64,000 nucleotides of DNA, taken from contig OZ316891.1 in the NCBI GenBank assembly GCA_973895155.1, forward strand, positions 27,967,145 to 28,031,144, written 5' to 3'. The notes under the pieces were generated by a model. That model made no database searches. It saw only the letters and a program-made list of their open reading frames with translations, and was not told the DNA's origin. How positions within the stretch are numbered: position 1 is the first letter of the stretch; the number at the start of each line of letters is the position of its first letter. Made by a program: the position numbers and the translations under genes. Source of the DNA: Marsupella aquatica. Taxonomy: Eukaryota > Plantae > Marchantiophyta. Shown piece by piece: positions 38,101-48,405 of this stretch.

Positions 38101-39911
38101 CTCAGACGCAGGAAGAGTTGGCCGACACGATCAAAGAGAGGGAAAAGTGGAAGCAAGAGCTGAAGAATACAGAGGAGGCCCACATAACAGCCAACAGCCG
38201 GGCCATGGCGGAGACCCAAAGAAAGGAATGGGCGTTGAAAGGGGAGCTCGAGAAAATCCGCGGAGCCCTTGAGCAGAAGGAGGTCGAGTTAGGGAAATCC
38301 TATCAAGGGATTATGGCGCTGCAGCAGGAGCTTGCGTCCCTGACGGCCAGCTTCAAGGCCGACCTAAGGGAGAAGGACGAGATGCTCGAACAGACTTACG
38401 CCAAGATGAACCAGATGGAGTCTGTCATCATTGCAGAGCTCGACAAGGAGCTAAGAGCAACCCAGGAGGAGAGGGCTACCTTGAAGAAGGAATTGGAGGA
38501 AGCCCACAGGGAGCAGGAGGAGGCCAAAAACGAGCTGGAGGGGGCACGTAAGGACCTGGATGAAACCCAAGAGGAGTTGGAGGAAATCACGAGGAAGATG
38601 GAGAACCTACAGCGGCGGGCCGACAACCAAACAGAGCGGCTGAAGAAACAAGCCGCAGTATTTAAATGCTTAGCTGCAGCAGGTCCATCTCCCGTTGGGA
38701 CAAACCAGTTACCAGGGGTGGTAATTGCCGAAGGACAAGCCGCGTCAACTGCACCACTGCCGGAAGTAAGTGGGAAGGGGAAGGGACCAGCTGCTGAGCC
38801 ACCAACGAAGAAGAAGCGGAAACCTTCAGGGTCAAGGAGTAATACGACTTCACAGGCCGTGGTGATCAAGGAGGTAGACCCAGCACCGACCCCAGACAGG
38901 GTCACGGCTAAGGATCCAACTACCCTAGGGGAAGGGGAAGCCGAAGCCGTGGGAGTGGCTGAAGCCGAAGCCGTGGGAGTGGCTGAAGCCGAAGCCGTGG
39001 GAGTGGCTGAGGCCGAAGCCGTGGGTATTGCCGAGGCCGGTGTCGAGGCTGAAGCCGAAGGTGGACCCAGTCAGGCCGATGGAGAGTTGACTCGGTCAAG
39101 GGCAGGTAATCTGTCAGTAGGCGGGCCAATGGCAGTGGCTGAGGAGGAAGTGTTGGGGGCGTCCATTGAGGATCCACCACCGGTGTCGTGACGGTGCAAG
39201 GGCGCCGTTCCTTTTAGGGAGGGCGGACGTGGAGGGAGGAGGCGTGAGTGGGCAGGGTGGGCGCGGATCTCCACGTTTAGGATTAGGATCAGAACCAGGA
39301 GCGGCCCTGACACTTAGCTTAGTGGGATTGCGGTCCCACTGGTAGGAGCAACACTTGTGCTCCTGCCTTGCTGTACATAGGTAGATTCGGGCAAGTAGAT
39401 TACTGTTAAGTAGATTAGGCTTACGATGCAAAGAATGGCGGATCCACTACCAGGATAAGTACCTGGGCAGCGGGGAGCTCAGGGCCTCTTCTTTAGCAAG
39501 TTTTTAGTTTGCACCAGCCGGGCTGGGATCAAGTAGTACAAGAAGCTCTCGGTTAGTACAAGAAGCTCTCGGTGATTGTATTTTCAGGGTGAAAGTAAGC
39601 AGGGGAGTGAGAGTTGGATGTGTCGAGCTGAGAGAGGTCTTAGCGGCTTAACCAAGCCTATTGGGGATCATTCCGGCGGCGGAATCCAAACATACCTAAC
39701 AAGACGGAGGGGAAGACAGGGGAAGACAGGGGAATCTCATGATGAAGGATCTGTCCAGTATATGTGTGTAAAATGTTAATAGTAGTAGTAGAAGGTTAGC
39801 AGCGTCCCATGCCGCTAAGCCGCGGAAACGGCCTCGCCAAGCACGAAACCTGCGGGAATCGGCTTGAGCTGGGGGGTTTCTTGGGTTTAGGGAGCCATGG
39901 GACGCACCACA
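35132..39911 (+). mobile_element. LTR-B1: 4.78-kb solo LTR carrying a long ORF
   Basis: TGTG..CACA ends; TSD GGGAG at 35127-35131 and 39912-39916; no gag/pol inside. Confidence 0.9.
35247..39191 (+). CDS. LTR-encoded protein (~1300 aa): Athila-ORF/plant-transposon-protein-like domain, Pro/acidic linker, long coiled coil, KKKRK, EAEAVGV repeats
   Basis: ATG 35247 in frame with the 1228-aa ORF 35505-39191, one TGA at 35421; LLEFVGSW..IYGKDFYLTPKVIAEVFGLPIG motif; in-frame 291-bp tandem duplication ~35420-36001. Confidence 0.8.
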
Positions 39912-40470
39912 GGGAGTGCAGGCGGTGGTGGTGGAGTCTCTCACCACGGAGGCAGCACTGGGAGTGGTCGACATGCCCTTGGCCAGTTTGGAGGGACTGC
40001 AAGCGGTGGTGGTGGAGTCTCTCACCACGGAGGCAGCACTGGGAGTGGTCGACATGCCCTTGGCCAGTTTGGAGGGACTGCAAGCGGTGGTGGTGGAGTC
40101 TCTCACCACGGAGGCAGCACTGGGAGTGGTCGACATGCCCTTGGCCAGTGTGGAGGGACTGCAAGCAGTGGTGGTGGAGTCTCTCACCACGGAGGCAGCA
40201 CTGGGAGTGGTCGACATGCCCTTGGCCAGTCTGGAGGGAGTGCAGGCGGTGGTGGTGGAGTCTCTCACCACGGAGGCAGCACTGGGAGTGGTCGACATGC
40301 CCTTGGCCAGTCTGGAGGGAGTGCAGGCGGTGGTGGTGGAGTCTCTCACCACGGAGGCAGCATTGGGAGTGGTGGACATGCCCTTGGCCAGTCTGGACGG
40401 AGTGCAGGCGGTGGTGGTGGAGTCTCTCACCACAGAGGCAGCATTGGGAGTGGTGGAATGCCCTTGGCCA
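39912..40470. repeat. 81-bp tandem repeat, ~7 copies
   Basis: Unit gggagtgcaggcggtggtggtggagtctctcaccacggaggcagcactgggagtggtcgacatgcccttggccagtctgga; a 27-aa period in the ORF track. Confidence 0.95.
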
Positions 40471-41032
40471 GTTAGGAGGGAGTGGTGGTGGTGGTGGTGA
40501 GTCACGACGTTCTACTGCTGATGGGACCAGTGGGGGGGGGTCCCGCAGCTTCCTTTCATACTTGCCGAGGTAGCGAAGAGGGTGTGCCCTCTCATGGCTC
40601 CGGGCTTCCCATGGTGGTGGTGGTGGGGTTGGTCCACTTCCTCATGTTGCCTCTACACTAGGGACAGACGACCTGGACCAAGCCAATATGGACCAGACCG
40701 CATTCACCGAGGCTTCTCCACCCCCACCTCCACGGACTCGTTCCAAAAAGAGGAAGGGACGACATGCTCCATTTTGAGCTGGTAGCAAGTCAGATAGTTG
40801 ACCAGCATATGCAGAGTAGTGGCCTAGTGTGTTAGGGCACAAAGTGTAGACCATATGGAGCAGGCTGCTATTTCTTATTTGATCCGAGTGGATCACACTT
40901 GTACATTGGGGTCTATATCTATATATTCATTTTAGGGGCTTGAGTACCCTTTTTGGCCATGCATGGGTTTGAATTAGATCTATGTTGCATGGTTTTTTCA
41001 ATAAGCTCCAAAATGCCTCCAAAACACCCCTA

Positions 41033-41072
41033 CACCTAACCCTCACCCTAACCCTAACCCTAACCCTAACCC
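41033..41072. repeat. Interstitial (CCCTAA)n telomere-like tract
   Basis: cctaaccctcaccctaaccctaaccctaaccctaaccc. Confidence 0.85.
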
Positions 41073-41114
41073 ACTAAATATGCTAATAAGCGTGGCATCC
41101 CCGCTTCCCAAAGC

Positions 41115-41550
41115 ACTCTTTCCGATACCATTCCGATACTTAAATCATCCCACTTCATCCAACCAAAACCACGACCTTCCGATGCACTTTGTATTGGACT
41201 TCCCCATTCCAGAACATTCGGATCTTCCGAATCTTACCACATTGGAACTTGCAAAACTACTAATATCGGATATTTCAATGTCTTAACAAACGGACAATAA
41301 TCGGACACGAATTAAATAGAATAGGCGACAAAGTAGTGGTCCGACACTTCCGGCATCGGATAGTAAAATATCCGATATTTTAGATTATGGATGGTCCGAT
41401 GAAGGTAATATCGGTGTTTCCGATACTTGTCCGATGGTCTATATTTGATGTGCAGAAAATGGCATGTTCCAATGTTGTGGTAATTGGAAGTTCCAAAAAT
41501 CTGGTTGCAAGTTGCCGAAGGGTTCCGATACTTTCATTGTCGGAAAAGGG
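41115..41550. repeat. CACTA right subterminal repeats
   Basis: Dense tccgat/atcgga motifs before the right TIR. Confidence 0.8.
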
Positions 41551-42022
41551 CGATAAAATGTACTAGTGCAACGTTCATAAGAACATCCTCCACCCCAAGC
41601 ATGCATGCTATCTAAAGACCCAAGGGTTTGAGCACCTTGCCTCCCTCCCTTGGAATGGAAGTAGGTACTACGGGCAGGATATGACGGAGTTCATACAGAA
41701 TTTTGACGAGGCACGTCTGAATTCGGCTTACCCGAGGGGGTAAACCGAGTAGAATCACGGGCTCCTGGGGGCAAGGGAGCTAAATACCAGTCCTCTAGCT
41801 TCCCGGCCGAGGGGGTAGTGGACAATGGGTTCTTAATGAGGACGTGCCTCATCCCGAAGGTAGCAGAGCGCCCGGAGTTCCAACGGTATGCCCTTCACAT
41901 GATGGAACCCAGGGGCAAAATATCGGCCGCCCAGGTCATCCAGGTGGAGAACTATCGGCCCAGGAAGTGGGCGTCCTTCTTCGTCAAGAAGTTCCATGAG
42001 GAGATGGAGCAAAGAAGAAAGA

Positions 42023-44118
42023 CTTTGTACCTTGGTGGAAGGGCGTAATTCGCTAGCCACATCAAAATCATCATCGAGTGGTACGCTCATTTTGACCGCC
42101 GCAGCCTCCTGCGTATCAACAAGCCCGAGCTGACCCCGTCAAAATGGGTGTTCCCAGCCCAGGTAAGGCGACCGTAGCCCAAGGCCCAAAGTCCGGTAGC
42201 TGCAAGCCCTGCTACCCCGGCCCCGCAACCCACCGCTGCCGCCCTGCCAAGCATACCCATAGACGTTATCGCAACCTTAGACGCGATCAATCGGAACAAT
42301 GCAATCGAAGCCGGGCCGGATGAAGCCATACCCAAAGTAGATGCCACGGTAGACGAGGAGATTCCGCCACCCCCCGCGGTTGTGCAGGACAACCGCCCAC
42401 CTCCAGTGGAACCAGCCCCTTCAACCGACTTACCTCAAGGGCTGGATATGTCCACTCCTACTCCCGCATGAGTTGGAGTCTGCCCGTGCCCGAATCCAGA
42501 TGGACACAGTCTAGACCATCCGGAACTCTTTGCGCCGAGCACATTTCTTAACGGGCTGTTGGGAGATTTCTCTCAACAGATCTCTCGGGACACCGGGGAA
42601 TACATGGCCCGGAGAGTGGCCTACTTCTTCAACCAGGAGTTGGTTGCTGCTGTAAGGGCAGGACATGCGCAAGCAAAGACAGCGTAAAGAATAGAGCGAT
42701 ATCGGGTGGAGTCTGCCTACCTGAAGGACGAAGTGGCAACCCTGGAGGCTGAACTCCAGCAGCTGCGGCCTCAGGTAACAACTGCGGAGGACCAGGTGGC
42801 CGAGGCGAGGGCCCAAGTAGCTTTAGCAATACAGGCCGGGCTCGGAAAGGACACCAAGATCGCACGGCTCCAGACCAAGATTGACGGTTTGAAAGGACAA
42901 ATTGTCAGTTGGCAAAAGGATCTGGAGGAAGCTGACTCCAAGTCTGAGCGGGACACAGCCGAGATTGACACCCTGAAGGCAGAGGTGGTGCGACTTCAAG
43001 GAGAAGCCACAAAACAGGCCCAGTTGGTGGATAAGTTGACGAGCAACGCCCAACAACTGGAGGAGGCGTGTCAGGAGGCCGCAGAAGAGACGGACGTGGC
43101 GAAACGGGAGAACGAATCTCTGCTGGACCAGGTCCAGCTACTCAAGCTGGACGTCGATAGGCTTAGAAGGCAGCGGGATGATCGCTCCCACTCGGGCGGC
43201 TCTGGCAAGCGTGCCAGACATTAGCGGCGGAGTAGGATTAAAATAGAGTTAGGAGTAGCTAAAACAGGCTATGGCAACCAGCGCCCGCCCTAGTTACAGC
43301 AACGCTGTCGTACTAGACAGCCTGCCTAGATTAGGATCTTCTAATAAGACAAGCCATTTTTTGGCCTGACAGCCAGCTTAGTTAGGATCTTAGTTAGCAA
43401 ATCTTTGGGCGCGAGGGCACTCCATTCCTCGGCCCTTAGTATTTAGTGCACCCCTCGGTAGAGGCAGGGGGTTTTTAGTCTCAGAGTTGGACATCCGCGG
43501 TATGTGCGGGGAGTCCCGACCTCTAGGAGTGAAAGAGTACCAAGGGGAGGGGGTAGGACTAAGCTCATTGGGCGAGTGCGGAGCCGGGCTCCATTGTAGT
43601 GTGCACCCTCGGCCTTGGACCTGTTCATTCCAAAGTTGTCGGGTCAGCCAAGTGTGCGTGTATGTCCCCTATGTAGTAAAATCCTTTCCCATCATTTCCT
43701 TCGTGTAAATCAAGATTGTATGCTTGTGCGTGTGTATGTGTGTGTGAATCTCGTGTATAGGTGCAAACGCCGGGCCAAACGCACTACCCAAGTCGTGCAC
43801 GGGGTGCAGCTTGCGGGTAAGTGGTTGCGAGCACGGGTTGAGTACCCGTATCATCGAATCCGGATTGAAGGCGGACAGCACAAAGGCTTAGAAGCCCTTA
43901 AGCCGGGGTCGATCCTACTATCGACTAAGGTACGTTCCGGCGGTGGAACACAAACCATACCTAGGAGGTGTCCGTATTTAACAGTAGGCACACTTAGGGC
44001 TAGTTTACGTGAATTAGGTGCATTCCGTGCTTCCCTCCCTGCCCGAACCCTCATATTTACGAAGGATGTGCCTGTTTAAGCTGAAGCCCGAATTAAGGCC
44101 AAGGCTGACGACGTGACA
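42023..44118 (+). repeat. 3' LTR of family A (segment shared with the 5' copy; true start may lie further upstream)
   Basis: Direct repeat of 19509-21598. Confidence 0.85.
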
Positions 44119-44602
44119 TTTGGCTTTACCTCTGCTATTATAGCTTTAAGCTACTCGGTAAGAGCTACAATGTTATCTGGCATTTTAGCCTCTAGCTTGA
44201 CTTTCAACTTCCCCCTCCTTCTGCCCTTCTTTTTCCTAGATTTTTCTTCTTCAGAACTAGAAGATGACTCACTCTTGCTACTTCCACTATCCGAGCTTGA
44301 GTTATCACTTCTTGACTTCTTAGAATGTTTCTTTTTCTTATCTTTTTTCTTCTGGGTTGATCCTTCCTCCGACGAGGAACTCTCAGACTTAAGCTATTTC
44401 TTCCGGCTTGTGATATCTGCATTAATGTATAATTGAATATCTCTAATTGCCTCAGCTAAAGTCTCTGGGTTCTCCTTCCTTATTGCAAAACTCATCTTCT
44501 GTGGCAAAGCATTCACTAACCATTGAAGTTGCATGATACCTTCAGATGCATTGGTCTTTGTACGTCTTACCAGCCTTTGGAAGCGTTGCAAGAACTTCCT
44601 GA
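44119..44602 (-). pseudogene. Gypsy gag fragment, fused in frame by deletion to the LTR-B3 ORF
   Basis: RKFLQRFQRL..QLQWLVNALPQKM..PETLAEAI plus a Ser/Lys-rich tract, paralleling family-A gag (QKFIQKFQKL..QLTWFLHGLP). Confidence 0.75.
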
Positions 44603-46003
44603 AGTCCCGGCTTGGGTCTGGCCTCTCTGCCAGGTAGACCTGTGCCTTGCCGATCTCTGCCCTCGGCAAGTTGCAATGCATGCTTACCCGCAAAAAATTG
44701 ATCATCTCTCCGATGTGCGGGTTGGTGCATGTGTTCCGGAAGAAGCCATTCTTTGTTGATGGCCCTAGAAACGACCGGAACTCCTTGTCTGGCAAGGTCT
44801 TCCTGGTATCAACTTTGGTCTTATTGCCCATTGGCAAGCCAAACACTTCGGCAATCACCCGGGGAGTGAGATAGAAATCCTTCCCATATACCCTTGTGGA
44901 ATTGGTCTCAGGCTCCCATGATCCCACGAATTCTAATAAGTCTGAATCCGGCACCTCCGACTTCAACCATGGTAATTTCACAAAGGCTTCCAAGCCGGAT
45001 CCGGCCATGAAGCCCTGGTACTTCTTGGTCTGCATGGCCGTAAAGCACGCATCCTCCTCCCGTGCAAAGTGTAATTGCACTTCCTCGGGGAGGGTCGCCG
45101 CCCAGCCTTTCCAGGTGTCATCTTTTGTTGGAATGGCATTGATGGGATTGACCTCCTCCTCTTTGGCTTCTTCCTGCCTCCTGCTCCCCTGGTCTACTGG
45201 CTTCCTTGGTGCCGCCAACCTTGTCCTTTTCGCCGGGGTGGCCTCTTCATTGTTGTTTCCTTTCCTCTTCATCGCGGCTGCCGTGGATGTTTCTCCTAGC
45301 ACGGTTGCCTTCGTCCACCCCTCCGTGCTACCCTTCAACTCCCAGTGCACGTCGTTGCAGCGGTTGATTGCTTCTCGGATGCCGACGATTCTGTTTTCGC
45401 AAAACAGAAGGTCGTCGAGCTGATTGGCAGTAGGAGTCCACAAGAACTCGGCCTTGATAAGTTCTCCTCCTAAGAAGGTAGACTTTTGCAGCTCCCACAG
45501 TCAAGCGAGCTCCTGCCTTTCTTGAGCTGCTCTCTCCGATTCTTGGTCCTCGTAAGTCCCAATGTACTCAGTTGCCCGTTCAAATAGGCATCCCTAGAAA
45601 TGAGCAGCTTGATTGACGTTGCTCATACCCTCCTTGAGTTGTTCATCGGTATCTGCTCCCACCCAGAGTGCTTGCCTAAGCAGATGATAGTAGTTGGCCT
45701 CCTGTGGTTGTCTGCCTAGTTCCTGCTTGCAAATGAGCCACCATTCCTCGCGAGCGGTCCTTACCCCTCTCCTTCCCTGGTCTTCCCTCCCGTTGATTAC
45801 CCCTAGCCACCAACACTTAGCGCGCCCTAACCCTAATCGTGTTCTCTCCCCCGGCGTCCTTACTTCCGGCCTCGGCCCGGGTTCCATAGTCACCCTTAAT
45901 TGTTTATATTTTCCTTGTTTTTGTTACTATACTAAGGTGTTTCCAGGGTACACTTCCGTTTTCACCACTTAACTGGCCTAGTGATTCCTGGCTAGGCATC
46001 ACA
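44603..46003 (-). mobile_element. LTR-B3, 5' part only
   Basis: Starts TGTGATGCCTAGCCAGG at 46003 on minus; homologous to the 5' part of B1. Confidence 0.9.
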
Positions 46004-48405
46004 ACACTTAGTGATGAAGCCGGGGTACCGGATCCACCACTAGGGCATACCGGGGAGGCCGTAGCCGTATTAGAAGCCATGGCCGATGCTGAGGCCAAAG
46101 CCGAGGGTGGACCCAGTCAGGCCGATGGAGAGTTGACTCGGTCCGGGGCAGGTAATCTGTCAGAGAACAGACCTATGGCAATGGCTGCGGAGGAAATGTT
46201 GGGGGCGTCCATTGAGGACCAGCCACCGGTGTCATGACGGTGTAAGGGCGCCGCCATGTGGTGCATCCCATGGCTCCCTAAACCCAAGAAACCCCCCCAG
46301 CGCAAGCCGATTCCCGTAGGTTTCGCGCTTGGCAAGGCCGTTTCCGCGGCTTAGCGGCATGGGACGCTGCTAACCTCCTTCTACTACTACTATTAACATT
46401 TTACACACATATACTAGACAGATCCTTCATCGGGTCATGAGATATGGAGCCGGCCTAATCTAGGCCTTCCCTTGTCTTCCCCTCTGTCTTGTTAGGTATG
46501 TTTGGATTCCGCCGCCGGAATGATCCCCAATAGGCTTGGTTAAGCCGCCAAGACCTCTCTCAGCTCGACACATCCAACTCTCACTCCCCTGCTTACTTTC
46601 CTTCCTCTATTAGTTGATGTGGGCACTCTTCACACAAGTTAATGCGACACACAAATAGCAAAATGACTCCTTCTGACTGAGTCATACCATGCACTTGCCA
46701 TACAAACAGTACATCTCATACACAAGCTCTGCGAACTAAGCCGTGAGGCCAACTCTATTCAGCTCTTAGGCATGAGGAAACATGAATATACACAAGGGTC
46801 ACTGTATGACTAACCGAGAGCTTCTCTTACTACTTGATCCCAGCCCGGCTGGTGCAAACTAAAAACTTGTTAAAGAAGAGGCCCTGAGCTCCCCGCTGCC
46901 CAGGTACTTATCCTGGTAGTGGATCCGCCTAATTCTTTGCAGCGTAAGCCTAATCTACCTAACTGGATCTACCTATGTACAGCGAGGCAAAAGTACAAGT
47001 GTTGCTCTTACCAGTGGAACCGCAATCCCACTAAGCTAAGTGTCAGGGCCGCCTCCTGGTCCTGATCCTAATCCTAAACTTAGAGATCTGAGCCCGCCCT
47101 GCCCACTCACGCCTCCTCCCTCCACGTCCGCCCTTCCTAAAAGGAACGGCGCCCTTGCACCGTCACGACACCGGTGGTGGATCCTCAATGGACGCCCCCA
47201 ACGCTCCCTCCGCAACCACTGTCGTTGGTCCATCCTCTGACAGATTACCTGCCTCTGACCGAGTCAACTTTTTGTCGGCCTGACTGGGCCCACCCTCGGC
47301 TTCGGCCTCGGCTCGGAAATCATTCTCGGCTACGGCCTCAGCCTCGGCTACGGCCTCAGCCTCGGCTACGGCCTCAGCCTCGGCTATGGCCTCCCCGGCT
47401 TGCTCAAGAGGTGGATCTGGGATACCGGCCTCATTACTGAGTAGTTCGGCTTGGGCCGCGCCATCCCCACCTTTGGTGATAGCGGAATCTATTGTCGTGT
47501 TCATGCCGGAGGTTGGTACCGGTTTGAGTACGGCTTGAGGGGTCGAATAACCTCCGGACCCCGAAGGTTTCCGCTTCTTCTTCTTCACTATCTCCATAGC
47601 CAGTTCCTTCCCCTTGCCGCCAACGTCCGGCACCAGGCCATGTGTCACGGCTGGTCCTTCGGCAATTACCACCCCGAGTAACTGGTTTGCCCCAACCGGA
47701 GATGGACCTGATGCAGCTAAGCATTTAAATACTGCGGCTTGTTTCTTCAGCCGCTCTGTTTGGTTGTCGGCCCGCCGCTGTAGGTTCTCCATCTTCCTCG
47801 TGATTTCCTCCAACTCCTCCTGGGTCTCATCCAAGTCCTTACGTGCCTCCTCCAGCTCATTTTTGGCTTCCTCCAATTCCTTGTGGGCTTCCTCCAATTC
47901 CTTCTTGGTGGTAGCCCTCTCCTCCTGGGTTGCTCTTAGCTCCTTGTCGAGCTCCGCTACGACCTCAGACTCCATGTTATTCATCTTGGCATAAGTCTGG
48001 TCGAGCTGGGCGTCCTTCTCCCGCAGGTCGGCCTTGAAGCTGGCCGTCAGGGACGCAAGCTCCTGCTGTAGCGCAATAATCCCTTGATAGGATTTCCCTA
48101 ATTCGGCCTCCTTCTGCTCAAGGGTTCTGCGGATGACCTCGAGCTCTTCCTTCAGCGCCCTCTCCCTTCTCTGAGTCTCCGCCGTGACCCGGTTGTCGAC
48201 TGCTATATGGGCCTCCTCTGCGTCTCTCAACTCCTTCTTCCATTTCTCCCTGTCCTTGATTGCGTCGGCCAATTCTCCCTAGGTCTGAGTCAGTTTATCC
48301 TTGATAATCTGATTATCAGCCTGCGCGGTGTCCAACTGCCCCTGCATGATGTTCAGCTCATGCCGCTTAATCCGCAGTTCATCTTGGGCTTTCTTGGCCG
48401 CCCTT

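Larger units (their letters stand above)
32843..40785 (+). pseudogene. Second CACTA gene (TnpA/Ptta-En/Spm-like), divergent from TnpD, with a Gly/Ser/His-rich repeat tail; interrupted by LTR-B1
   Basis: Frameshifted ORF 32843-33882 with CPVDLPPDVWAAW and THRMGQGG followed by gtaagt donor; later Gly-rich frame 34700-35131 resumes at 39912. Confidence 0.55.
26691..41568 (-). mobile_element. CACTA (En/Spm) DNA transposon with both ends
   Basis: 14-bp TIR CACTAGTACATTTT at 26691 and its complement ending at 41568; 3-bp TSD CAA; TCCGATA/TATCGGA subterminal repeats; TnpD homolog. Confidence 0.97.
25778..43224 (+). pseudogene. Family-A extra ORF (25778-26690 + 41572-43224), split by the CACTA; FGLP-type domain plus coiled coil
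   Basis: TATAAAA at ~25673 upstream; frame rejoins across the CAA TSD (MRDN|VHKNILHP..GFEHLASLPW..MTEFIQNFD..FGLPEG..DNGFLMRTC); ends in a coiled coil and GKRARH*. Confidence 0.75.
19509..44118 (+). mobile_element. Rearranged non-chromovirus Ty3/gypsy element (Tat/Phygy-like; family A) hosting a CACTA insertion
   Basis: ~2.1-kb direct repeats 19509-21598 and 42023-44118, both ending GTGACA; PBS at 21611; gag, protease and an inverted RT fragment; no RH/INT; no TSD. Confidence 0.85.

Noticed and set aside
37560-38660. Host myosin/SMC/tropomyosin gene
   Set aside because: Only generic coiled-coil similarity; intronless and inside a TSD-flanked multi-copy repeat.
39912-40470. CRISPR-like array
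   Set aside because: Units are contiguous with no unique spacers, no cas genes, and the context is eukaryotic.
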